Assembly: GCA_964344945.1 (NCBI GenBank)
Contig: CAYFPX010000001.1
Location: 46,515 to 100,693 of the forward strand
Source of the DNA: an uncultured Enterobacterales bacterium
Lineage (GTDB): Bacteria > Myxococcota_A > UBA796 > CAJQPC01
Direction of reading: 5' to 3'
Length of the DNA stretch: 54,179 bases
Shown here one piece after another: positions 1 to 8,842 of the stretch; the stretch's first letter is position 1, and each line of letters starts with the position of its first letter. The notes under the pieces are model-generated. The model saw only the letters and a program-made list of their open reading frames with translations. It made no database searches and was not told the DNA's origin. Position numbers and translations under genes: made by a program.

Positions 1-1
1 C

Positions 2-454
2 TACAATATCTGCTTCCCCTGCTCCAGCTGGGGGCACCTGGCCCAGCTGCACTGCCTGGACGCCTGGTGGACACAGCACGACCGCTTCTGGGTGACCTTC
101 GACAAGCCCGACGCCGAGTCCCTGTTGGCCGACGAGCAGACCTACTGGGGGCACTTCCCCACCAACCGCAGCCTCAAGAACCTGGTGAAGAACTCGGTCA
201 TGGCCCTGCGAGTGCTCGCGGTCGAGCGCCCGGACGTGATCGTGAGCAACGGTGCGGGGCTGGCGGTGCCGTACTTCTGGCTCGGCAAGGTGCTGTTCGG
301 CTGCCGCACCGTCTATGTCGAGGTCTACGACCGGATCGACAGCTCGCCGCTCACCAGTCGCCTCGTGCAGCCGGTGCTCGACGAGATGGTCATCCAGTGG
401 GAGGACCAGCGGACCTTCTACCCGAACGCGAAGAACCTGGGACAGGTCCTGTGA
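2..454 (+). CDS. Alg14-like oligosaccharide-biosynthesis glycosyltransferase subunit (PssD/Cps14F-like); 5' end cut by window edge
   Basis: The frame is open from nt 2 (YNICLPCSSWGHLAQL...). The segment NGAGLAVPYFWLGKVLFGCRTVYVEVYDRIDSSPLTSRL fits the Alg14/PssD pattern. Stop TGA 452-454 overlaps the GTG of the Alg13-like partner (GTGA). Confidence 0.7.
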   Translation, partial: YNICFPCSSWGHLAQLHCLDAWWTQHDRFWVTFDKPDAESLLADEQTYWGHFPTNRSLKNLVKNSVMALRVLAVERPDVIVSNGAGLAVPYFWLGKVLFGCRTVYVEVYDRIDSSPLTSRLVQPVLDEMVIQWEDQRTFYPNAKNLGQVL

Positions 455-990
455 TCCTCGCGACCGTCGGCACCCACGAGGACCCCTTCGACCGGCTGCT
501 GGTCGAGCTCGATCGGCTCATCGAGACCGGGGTGATCACCGAGCCGGTGTTCTGCCAGTCCGGCTACTGCACGGTCGCGCCGCGCCACGTCGAGTGCGCC
601 CGCCAGATGCCCTTCGACGACCTGCAGCAGAAGATGCGCGACGCCCGCATCATCATCACCCACGGGGGCCCCGCGACCATCATGCAGGCCCTGGCTCACG
701 GCAAGGTGCCCCTGGTCGTGCCCCGCCAGGCGCAATTCGGCGAGCACGTCGACGACCACCAGGTGCGCTTCGCCCGCAAGATCAGCGACCGGGTCTTCCC
801 GGTGATCGACATCACCGAGCTGGGCCCGCTGATCACCGACTACGAAGCCCGGGTCGCCGCCCTGCCCGCAGGCGGTGACGGCCGGGAGCGGGCTCGGCAG
901 TTCGCCCACCGGATGGACGCGCTCTGCGGCGAGGTGCTGACTCGGAAGCGGTGGCGGTTGCCGAGGAATCCGCTCCTCAGGCGTTCCTGA
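451..990 (+). CDS. Alg13-like glycosyltransferase family 28 C-terminal domain protein (PssE/Cps14G-like)
   Basis: VILATVGTHEDPFDRLL...IITHGGPATIMQALAHGKVPLVVPR...GEHVDDHQ fits the GT28 C-terminal (MurG/Alg13) motif set. The GTG start at 451 is coupled to the upstream Alg14-like ORF. Confidence 0.75.
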   Translation: MILATVGTHEDPFDRLLVELDRLIETGVITEPVFCQSGYCTVAPRHVECARQMPFDDLQQKMRDARIIITHGGPATIMQALAHGKVPLVVPRQAQFGEHVDDHQVRFARKISDRVFPVIDITELGPLITDYEARVAALPAGGDGRERARQFAHRMDALCGEVLTRKRWRLPRNPLLRRS

Positions 991-1321
991 AGTCGTTCAC
1001 CTCGGTGATGTCCAGCTCCACCACCTTGCGCAGATAGGTCCGCAGCAGCGCCGAGACCATCGGGGCCGGCAGCAGGATGTGCTCTTGGCGCAGCCGCTCG
1101 CGGATGGTGTCCACCAGGGCCACCTCGGTGAGCCCGGGCTGGCGCGTGATCGCGGCGCGGGCGGCCTGGATCGCGGCCTTGGCCGTGCGCAGGCTCAGCT
1201 CGGTGCCCTGCTCGGCGAGCTCGGCGCAGACCTCGGCCACCAGTCGGTCCAGGGACACGAGCAAGGCGTCCCGCGTGCGGAAGGTGGTCTCAGCGGCGCC
1301 TGGCAGTCCGGGGATGGGCAT
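977..1321 (-). CDS. hypothetical small protein (114 aa)
   Basis: ATG at 1321 (cat 1319-1321). The composition is non-repetitive (MPIPGLPGAAETTFRTRDALLVSLDRLVAEV...), unlike the Arg/Pro-rich upstream part of the long ORF 977..2353. No family recognised. Confidence 0.5.
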   Translation of the reverse strand: MPIPGLPGAAETTFRTRDALLVSLDRLVAEVCAELAEQGTELSLRTAKAAIQAARAAITRQPGLTEVALVDTIRERLRQEHILLPAPMVSALLRTYLRKVVELDITEVNDFRNA

Positions 1322-1362
1322 GGTGTGACTACAGCCTGCCCGACAAATCCCTTCCGTGCCCG

Positions 1363-2886
1363 CTAAAGGGGCTGTGGCACGTCGACGGCGATCTCCAGAT
1401 CCCCGGTCCCGCACGGCACCAGCAGGACATCCAGCAGGGACGTGCAGCCTTCGGGGCAGCGGCCGTCGGGGTAGCAGCCCACGGCGGCGCGCGGGCACCT
1501 CCCCACATCGACCCACAGCTCGTACTTGCCGGGCACCACCGCTGGAAAGCGCCACCCGGAGCCGTCGCGCACCGCCTCGGGGTCGTCGCCCTCCTCGGTG
1601 TACAGGCGCACGGTGGTGGCGGTGCCCGCCTCGAGCTGAGGGGTGGTGATCAGGACGGGCCGGGGCTCCGAAGAGGCGCTGATGTCTACCGGCACGACCA
1701 GGTTCTGCTCCCCGTGACCGGCCTCGATGGTGCGGGTGACCCGGGCGCCGGTGCAGCAGAACGGACACTTCTCCCCGGGGCAGTAGGGCGGACCGCACCC
1801 CGGCCCGGCGATGACGTGGATGTCGCCGGTGCCGACGGGCACGCCGGTGAAGTAGAAGTGGTTGCCCGCGACCTGGACCGGCTCGGCGTCGTTGATGGTC
1901 ACCAGGGTGAGAGCTCCGGGGTCGTCGGAGTTGACGATCAGCCTCACGGTCCGGGTGGGCTGCCCCATCAGGCTCTCGGCGTCGAAGCCAGCGAACATCA
2001 CACCCAGACCTCCGACCGCGGTCAGCAGCAGCACCGCCAGCACCCCCCGCAGCGCGGTCTGGAGCTTGGTGGAGATGCCCTCGCCAGCCGTGGCCAGGGC
2101 CTGCTCGGTGCGGCTGACGGCCTCGCTCAGCGCGGTGGCGCTCCGGAAGCGCCGACGGGGCCGACTGGCCGTGGCCTGGTGGACCAGGCGCCGGACCTCC
2201 TGGGGGAAGGCGGGGCCCGGGTCGAGGTGGTTGTGGCGGATCTTGTCGCGGACGAGCCAGGTCGGGACCTTGCCCACCTGGTCGGCCTGCATGTGGGCCC
2301 GCTCGCCGGTCAGGGCCTCGTAGAGGCACACGCCGAGCGCGTAGACATCCCACTGGGGCAGCTCGGCGCTGCCTTCCTTGTGGACCTCTGGCGGGATGTA
2401 GGGGAAGAGCTCCGCCGGGGGGGTCTCCGAGACCTGGGGCGGCTGCTGGCTGTCGGAGAAGCCGTCGAGCTTGATCCGGTCCTTCCAGAACACCACCCGG
2501 CTCGGGTTGAGCTGCAGGTGGTGCACCCCCGCGGCGTGGGCGGTGGCCAGGCAGTCCGCGACCTCACGGGTGAGCTTCAGGGCGTCGCTCAGGTCGACCA
2601 CGCTGCCCTCGAGGCGGGTCTTCAGGCTGTCGCCGCTGGCCAGCTGGGTCACGAGCCAGCCGTCCTGGGGGTTGACCTCGAGCGTGCCGACCGCCACCTC
2701 GTGCTCGATGCGCGCGAGCAGCTGGGCCTTGCGCCGGACCGCCGCCACGGGGAGGCCCGAGCTCGGGTCGGCGGCGTAGAGCAGACCGCGGGAGCCGGTC
2801 TCCGCGTGCCGGACGATGAAGGCCGGACCGTCGCCGTAGCGGCCGATGACGGCCCAGGGCCCGAATCTGTCGCCCTGCCGGATCAT
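1363..2886 (-). CDS. Ser/Thr protein kinase-like membrane protein with degenerate catalytic motifs (predicted pseudokinase) and a Cys-rich extracytoplasmic domain
   Basis: The kinase fold is recognisable (YIPPEV, WDVYALGVCLYEALTG), but HRDLKPxN reads HLQLNPSRV, DFG reads DGF, and the VAIK lysine position reads IVRH. One TM segment follows (VLAVLLLTAVGGLGVMFAG), then a Cys-rich C-terminal region. Confidence 0.8.
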   Translation of the reverse strand: MIRQGDRFGPWAVIGRYGDGPAFIVRHAETGSRGLLYAADPSSGLPVAAVRRKAQLLARIEHEVAVGTLEVNPQDGWLVTQLASGDSLKTRLEGSVVDLSDALKLTREVADCLATAHAAGVHHLQLNPSRVVFWKDRIKLDGFSDSQQPPQVSETPPAELFPYIPPEVHKEGSAELPQWDVYALGVCLYEALTGERAHMQADQVGKVPTWLVRDKIRHNHLDPGPAFPQEVRRLVHQATASRPRRRFRSATALSEAVSRTEQALATAGEGISTKLQTALRGVLAVLLLTAVGGLGVMFAGFDAESLMGQPTRTVRLIVNSDDPGALTLVTINDAEPVQVAGNHFYFTGVPVGTGDIHVIAGPGCGPPYCPGEKCPFCCTGARVTRTIEAGHGEQNLVVPVDISASSEPRPVLITTPQLEAGTATTVRLYTEEGDDPEAVRDGSGWRFPAVVPGKYELWVDVGRCPRAAVGCYPDGRCPEGCTSLLDVLLVPCGTGDLEIAVDVPQPL

Positions 2887-2898
2887 GGGGCGAGGGTA

Positions 2899-4147
2899 CT
2901 ACCAGGCGACCTGGACGAAGCCGCGCAGGGTGTCGTTCGGGATGGCCAGGTCGGTCTCGTGGCGGTGCACGAGGGCGAGGCCCGCTTGCAGCTTGTCCTC
3001 GGCCAGGTGTGCCGCGAAGCCCGCGGTGATCAAGGCCTGCTCGTCGCCTGCGGTCTCGGTGTCGTTGTCGTACCACTCGACCCGCAGGGCGGGCTCCCAC
3101 ATGTCCTTCAGGGTGTAGGACAGGTGCAGCACGGCGCCGTCGCGGATGGTGGTGCGCAGGACATCGGGCTGGTCGACCGTGGTGTTGGCGGGCGAGCGGT
3201 GGCCCGCCTGGATGTCGAGCATCACGGCCAGGGCGCCCACGCGCAGGCCGAAGTCGACGCCGTACATCAGGTCGGTGGTGGCGGTGTCCCAGTTGTAGGC
3301 CACGTTGCCGCCGACGCTGAAGCTCAGGGCCTCGACGGTGCCGAACGTGGACATCATGTCGCCGGGGCCACGGTCGAAGGAGACCCGGGTCGAGGCCAGC
3401 ACGCCGGGGTTCTCGTCGCCCGCCAGGCTGGCGTTGCCGTTGAAGACGCCGGCCTGGAGCCGCAGGCCCATGTGGCCGCCGTCGAGCACCAGGCCCACGT
3501 CGCGGTCGGGGGTGACGTGGTTGGCGATCATGGCGCGCTCGCCCAGGGCCAGGTCGCTGGAGCTGAAGGCGTTGTCCCGGCCGAAGGGAACCTTCATCAC
3601 CCCCGCCCTGGCGGCCAGGTGACGGTGGAGCTGGTAGTCCACGCTGGCGTTGACGATCTCGATGCCCGAGCGGGTGTCGATGCCGTCGAAGCCGGAGCTG
3701 TAGCCGACGCCCACGTCGTAGCCGACCTGGCCCCAGTCGCCGGCCAGGCCGATGCGGGCCCGGCGGATCTTGAAGCCGATGTCGTCTTCCGGGTCGCCGA
3801 AGCCGGCGGCGTCGGCCTGGGCGGTCTGGTCCTGGTCGAAGGCGATGCCCCAGATCTGGACCTGGCCGTAGGTCGCGGAGTGCTCGGCGAGGTGGGAGAT
3901 GAGCAGAGTCGGGGGCCGGGTCGGGCTCGGGCTCGGCCGCCGGAGCCGGGTCGGGCGCCGGGGCCGGGTCGGGCTCCTCGGCCGCAGGCTCCTCCTCCGC
4001 AGGCGCCTGCTCGCTCTCCGCCGGGGCCTGCTCTGCCGGAACCTCCTCGGTCTCGGCGGGTGCCTCCTCCTCGGTCGGTGCGGGAGTCGGTTCCGGCGCG
4101 GGGTCCTGGGCGTGCACGGTGCTCAGGGCGGACAGCAGCAGCAGCAT
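2899..4147 (-). pseudogene. OprO/P-type (phosphate-selective-like) outer-membrane porin, frameshifted as sequenced
   Basis: The signal peptide and Pro/Glu/Ala-rich linker (MLLLLSALSTVHAQDPAPEP...) start at ATG 4147 in one frame. The porin barrel (ISHLAEHSATYGQVQIWGIAFDQ...FVQVAW, stop 2899) lies in another frame and has no start codon of its own. Total length is 3n+1. Contracting the G5 run at 3911-3915 by one base joins the two frames. Confidence 0.7.
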
Positions 4148-4182
4148 GGCGACCTCGGGGGAGCACGGCTTATAACGCAGCC

Positions 4183-7100
4183 GTGAACACGCACACCGCC
4201 TGCCTCGCGAGCCTCCTGCCCCTCCTCTGGCTGGCGGGCTGCGACCCGGCCACCGAGACCGGTCGGGTCACCGCCTACGAGCTCCAGACCCTGGCCGACG
4301 GCGTCGGCGGCCCGAAGGCCCTGGCGCGCCCGGCCGAGGGCGACCGCCCGGCGGACTTCATCCTGGCCAACGACCGCATCCAGGTCTCGGTCCTGGGGGG
4401 GCACGTGTCCATGGGTCCCGGCATCTACGGCGGCTCCATCGCCGACGCCGACCGCGTCCGGCGCGGCCCGGACTGGGCCAACGGCGTCGGCAACGACCGC
4501 CTGGCGGAGATCATCCCGACCGTGAACCTCAACGTGCCCGGGGCGGTGCTCGAGGAGCACGTCGAGATCATCCGCGATGGCTCGGATGGCGAGGCCATCA
4601 TCCGAGTCTCCGCCGCCGCCGAGCCTTTCCTGGGCATGCTCCAGGCCCTGTGGTCCCTGCTGCGCACCCCCGACTTCCACATCGTCACCGACTACGTCCT
4701 GAAGCCCGACAGCGACTACGTCCTGCTGCGCACCACCGCCACGGTCATGGACGACGGCATCACACCGGCGACCGAAGGCGAGCTCCTCGCAGGCAGCGAC
4801 GACTTCCTCGCCGTGGTCGACCTGGCCCTCGGGGGCGGCATCGCCATCGGCGACTTCTACCTCCAGGGCGGCGACGTCGATGTCTTCGTGCCTGGCATCG
4901 GCTTCGACGAAGACACCGAGATCCAGGTGCTCGCCCAGCAGGGCCGCAACCTGATGACCGAGCCGCTGGCCCTGGACTTCGTCGCCGGCACCTCCGAGGG
5001 CGTGAGCTACGTGCTGGGCGCCATCGACGGCAGCGTGCACATCCCGCTCTTCACCAGCAGCCAGACCGTCGCCATTGGTGCCGGGGTGGAGCCCGCCTGC
5101 GAGGGCGACACGGGCTGCGAGGACGCCGCCTTCGAAGCCGGCACCGCGGTGACCTACGAGCGGGCCTTCGCCATCGGCCACGGCGACGTGGGCTCGGCGC
5201 TCGACGGCCTCTACGCCGCCCGCGGCACCCCGGTGGGGCGGGTCGACGGCTTCGTGGTCGAGGAGTCCACGGTCGAGCCCGCCAGCGGCGCCAAGGTCTT
5301 CGTCTACGAGCCCGGCGCCGAGCGTCCGTACTCCCAGTGGACCACCGATGTCATGCTCGACGACACGCTGGTCGACGGCAATTTCGGCGGCACCCTGCCC
5401 GTGGGCCCTTGGGAGCTGGTCGTGCACGAGCAGGGGCGCCAGACCAGCGGCCGCACGGCCATCACCGTGACCGAGGACGAGCCGGTGGCGGTCGTGCTCA
5501 CCGCCCGCCGCTCGGGCGATGTCACCTTCACGGTGCGCGACGACGAGGGCCTGCTGACCCCGTCCAAGGTCACGGTCTACCCGGCCACCGGTCAGAGCGT
5601 GGTCCGCGACCCGGTCCTCGGCGACCCCTTCCTGCCCGACGACCCGGAGGCCATCGTCTTCCTGGCCATGGGCGAGGGCTCGGTCCAGCTGCCCCCCGGC
5701 GACTACGAGGCCTGGGCCACCCGTGGCCTGGAGTACGAGCTCGACGTCGAGCCCTTCACGGTCCGCGCCGGCCAGGCCAGCGACGTCCAGCTCGCGGTGG
5801 CGCGCTCCATCGACTCCTCGGGCTGGATCAGCGCGGACTTCCACGTGCACAGCCAGCCCAGCCACGACTCCGGCGTCAGCCCGACGGAGCGGGTGGTGAC
5901 CATGGCGGCGGAGGGCGTCGAATTCCTGCTCTCGACGGACCACGACTTCATCCTCGACTTCGCACCGCACATCGAGGACCTGGGGCTCGAGCCCTGGATC
6001 ACCTCCAGCATCGGCCTCGAGGTCACCCCCATCGAGGTCGGCCACTACCTCGGCTTCCCGCTGCGTCAGGACTACCTGGACGAGGCCGGCGGCGCCTTCG
6101 ACTGGACCGGCATGACCCCCCGGGAGATCCGGGAGAGCCTCATCGACGCAGGGCAGGTCGACGCCGAGGTCACCACGATCATGGCCCACCCCCGCGACGG
6201 CATCCTGGGCTACTTCGACCAGTTCGGCTTCTCCCCCTACGAGGGCGAGCCCTACGCCCCCGTGGTGGACATCCCCGTCACCTCGACCGCGGCGGACTTC
6301 AGCATCTTCACGCCGGCCCAGTTCGATCTGGACTTCCACGCCATCGAGATCCTGAACGGCAAGCGCTTCGAGCTCATCCGCACGCCCACCCAGCAGGAGC
6401 TCGACGACTACGCCGCGGGGCGCGAGGTGACCGGGTACGACGTCATCGAGCGCACCCTCGACGAACAGGCCGACCTGGAGGCCGGGACCTACACCCTCGG
6501 CTACGGCATCGAGGGCCACCTGGACGACTGGTTCAGCCTGCTGAACCTGGGCTACCGCCTGACCGCCCTGGGCAACTCCGACGCCCACGGCAAGACCAAG
6601 GTCGAGGCTGGCTGCCCCCGGAACTACGTGCTCTCGGGCACCGACGAGCCCGCCTACGTCGACGACGCCGAGGTCGCGCTGGCCGTGCGGGAGCACCGGG
6701 TCGTCGCCAGCTACGGACCGTTCATCCGCTTCTGGGCCGACGACCCGGACAACGTGGTGGGCAGCGAGATCGTGGCCGACGGCGCGGTCGCGCTCACGGT
6801 CGAGGTCCAGTCCCCCACCTGGTTCGACGTCGACCGGGTCGAGGTCTACGAGAACGGCCGCCTGATCCACGTGTGGGACGGCCTGGCGCCCAACAGCGAC
6901 GTGCTGAACCTGTTCGAGACCCTCGAGGTCACCCCCACCCAGGACAGCTGGTACGTCGTGACCGCGCTCTCCGACGACAGCCTGACCCCCTTGTTCTCCC
7001 CGGTGGTGTGGCCGGCCATCCAGCTCCAGGACGTGGTCATCGAGGCCCTGGGAAGCGTGGAGGCCATCGGCTCGCTGCTCGGCAGCTCCATCGACCAGCC

Positions 7101-7230
7101 CCGGACCTTCCCGACCCACCCCTACGCCCTGACCAACCCGATCTGGGTGGATGTCGACGGCGACGGGTGGGAGCCGCCGGGACTGCCGGACTGGCTGCAG
7201 GTGCCGGTGGATCCGAGCGCGGAGGAGTAG
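4183..7230 (+). CDS. PHP-domain (CehA/McbA-like) metallohydrolase lipoprotein
   Basis: GTG at 4183 gives MNTHTACLASLLPLLWLAGC (lipobox). The motif ADFHVHSQPSHDSGVS...LLSTDHDF...GNSDAHG is a PHP-type metal-binding pattern. The part of ORF 1714..7230 upstream of 4183 is a shadow frame. Confidence 0.8.
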   Translation: MNTHTACLASLLPLLWLAGCDPATETGRVTAYELQTLADGVGGPKALARPAEGDRPADFILANDRIQVSVLGGHVSMGPGIYGGSIADADRVRRGPDWANGVGNDRLAEIIPTVNLNVPGAVLEEHVEIIRDGSDGEAIIRVSAAAEPFLGMLQALWSLLRTPDFHIVTDYVLKPDSDYVLLRTTATVMDDGITPATEGELLAGSDDFLAVVDLALGGGIAIGDFYLQGGDVDVFVPGIGFDEDTEIQVLAQQGRNLMTEPLALDFVAGTSEGVSYVLGAIDGSVHIPLFTSSQTVAIGAGVEPACEGDTGCEDAAFEAGTAVTYERAFAIGHGDVGSALDGLYAARGTPVGRVDGFVVEESTVEPASGAKVFVYEPGAERPYSQWTTDVMLDDTLVDGNFGGTLPVGPWELVVHEQGRQTSGRTAITVTEDEPVAVVLTARRSGDVTFTVRDDEGLLTPSKVTVYPATGQSVVRDPVLGDPFLPDDPEAIVFLAMGEGSVQLPPGDYEAWATRGLEYELDVEPFTVRAGQASDVQLAVARSIDSSGWISADFHVHSQPSHDSGVSPTERVVTMAAEGVEFLLSTDHDFILDFAPHIEDLGLEPWITSSIGLEVTPIEVGHYLGFPLRQDYLDEAGGAFDWTGMTPREIRESLIDAGQVDAEVTTIMAHPRDGILGYFDQFGFSPYEGEPYAPVVDIPVTSTAADFSIFTPAQFDLDFHAIEILNGKRFELIRTPTQQELDDYAAGREVTGYDVIERTLDEQADLEAGTYTLGYGIEGHLDDWFSLLNLGYRLTALGNSDAHGKTKVEAGCPRNYVLSGTDEPAYVDDAEVALAVREHRVVASYGPFIRFWADDPDNVVGSEIVADGAVALTVEVQSPTWFDVDRVEVYENGRLIHVWDGLAPNSDVLNLFETLEVTPTQDSWYVVTALSDDSLTPLFSPVVWPAIQLQDVVIEALGSVEAIGSLLGSSIDQPRTFPTHPYALTNPIWVDVDGDGWEPPGLPDWLQVPVDPSAEE

Positions 7231-7233
7231 GAC

Positions 7234-7839
7234 TCAGGTCCCTGGCGCGTTCGTCCTCTCCACGACCGGCACGCCGTCCCAGTACCGCAGCTCGACGTAG
7301 CTCAGCGGCGCACACCGCAGCCGCCCGACCCCGTGGGCGGTCGCCCCCAGCACCCAGGCCACCACGCTGCGGATGCAGCCCCCGTGGGTCACGACCGCGA
7401 CCACGCCGTCCGGCGCCAGCAGCCGCGCCCGCTCGACCGCCGCCACCACCCGCTGCGAGACCTCGCTGTAGGTCTCGCCACCCGGGAAGCGGAGGTCGTC
7501 GGGCTCGGCCAGCCACTGGTCCCACAGGGTGGGCTGCTCCTCGTGGAGCTCGAGCAGGTCCCGGCCGTCGAGCTCGCCGTAGTCGGTCTCTCGCAGATCG
7601 GGGTCGCGCACGGCGGGCACCCCGGGGAACAGGGCCTCGGCGGTGCGCACCGCGCGGGTCAGGTCCGAGCAGACCACCGCGTCGACGGGGGACCCGGCCC
7701 AGCCCACGCCGTCCAGATCCTCGGGCTCGGCGTCGGAGTGGCCGTACAGGGTGCCTCGCCAGGCCGGGGTGACCGGCCCGTGCCGCACGAGCAGGACCCG
7801 GCCGTTGCCGATCCCCCGCTCGGGCACGACCTGGCGCAA
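7234..7839 (-). CDS. histidine phosphatase family protein (phosphoglycerate mutase / alpha-ribazole phosphatase-like)
   Basis: VLLVRHGPVT (RHG motif), SDLTRAVRTAE and VVAVVTHGGCIR are present. It lies directly downstream of trxB on the same strand. Confidence 0.8.
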   Translation of the reverse strand: MRQVVPERGIGNGRVLLVRHGPVTPAWRGTLYGHSDAEPEDLDGVGWAGSPVDAVVCSDLTRAVRTAEALFPGVPAVRDPDLRETDYGELDGRDLLELHEEQPTLWDQWLAEPDDLRFPGGETYSEVSQRVVAAVERARLLAPDGVVAVVTHGGCIRSVVAWVLGATAHGVGRLRCAPLSYVELRYWDGVPVVERTNAPGT

Positions 7840-7842
7840 CAG

Positions 7843-8784
7843 CTACTCCGCGCCCTTCTCGGTCAGCCAGCGCTCGGCTTCGAGCGCCGCCATGCAGCCG
7901 CTGCCCGCGGCGGTCACCGCCTGCCGGTACACGTGGTCCTGCACGTCGCCGGCGGCGAAGACCCCGGGGACGCGGGTGGCCGTGCTGTCCGGTGCGGTGA
8001 CCAGGTACCCGGTCTCGTCGGTCTCCAGCCAGTCGGTGAAGGGCTGGCTGTTCGGCACGTGTCCGATGGCCAGGAAGAAGCCGGTCAGCGCGATGTCCCG
8101 CTCCTCGCCGGTCTTGTTGTTCTTCAGGCGCACGCCTTCGACGGCGTCCTTGCCCAGCACGTCGACGGTCTCGTGGTTCCAGAGGATCTCGATCTTGTCG
8201 TTGTCGAAGACCCGCTTCTGCATGATCTTGCTGGCCCGCAGCGCGTCTCTGCGCACGACCAGGTAGACCTTGCTGGCGAACTTGGTCAGGAAGCTGGCCT
8301 CCTCGCAGGCGGAGTCGCCGCCGCCGACCACGGCCACCACCTGGTCCCGGTAGAAGAAGCCGTCGCAGGTCGCGCAGGCGCTGACGCCGTAGCCCTGGAG
8401 GCGGAGCTCGTTGGGCAGGCCGAGGTAGCGCGCCGACGCGCCGGTCGCGATGATCATCGTCTGGGCCCAGCCCTCGCCCTCGTCGGTCACGTAGCGGTAG
8501 GGCCAGCTGCTCAGGTCGATGTTCTCCACGGAGGCGTAGACCGCCCGGGTGCCGAACCGCAGGGCCTGCGCCTTGAACTGCTCCATCATCTCCGGGCCCA
8601 TGACGCCGTCGGGGAAGCCCGGGTAGTTGTCCACGTCGGTCGTGATGGTCAGCTGACCGCCGGGCTGCAGGCCCTCGTAGACGATGGGTGCCAGATCCGC
8701 GCGGGAGGCGTAGATGGCGGCGGTCCAGCCGGACGGGCCGGAGCCGAAGATGACGACCTTCTCAGGGTTCTCGCGGGTGCTCAA
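7843..8784 (-). CDS. trxB: thioredoxin-disulfide reductase
   Basis: VVIFGSGPSGWTAAIYASRA (FAD GxGxxG), the redox CATCDGFF motif, VVGGGDSACEEA (NADPH site) and GVFAAGDV are all present. A TTG start at 8784 is preceded by AGGAGA. The product is 313 aa. Confidence 0.95.
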   Translation of the reverse strand: MSTRENPEKVVIFGSGPSGWTAAIYASRADLAPIVYEGLQPGGQLTITTDVDNYPGFPDGVMGPEMMEQFKAQALRFGTRAVYASVENIDLSSWPYRYVTDEGEGWAQTMIIATGASARYLGLPNELRLQGYGVSACATCDGFFYRDQVVAVVGGGDSACEEASFLTKFASKVYLVVRRDALRASKIMQKRVFDNDKIEILWNHETVDVLGKDAVEGVRLKNNKTGEERDIALTGFFLAIGHVPNSQPFTDWLETDETGYLVTAPDSTATRVPGVFAAGDVQDHVYRQAVTAAGSGCMAALEAERWLTEKGAE

Positions 8785-8842
8785 CGACGGTCTCCTGTGG
8801 TACGGACCAGGGGCCTCGGGCGTAACCCGAAGGGCGGTGGTG

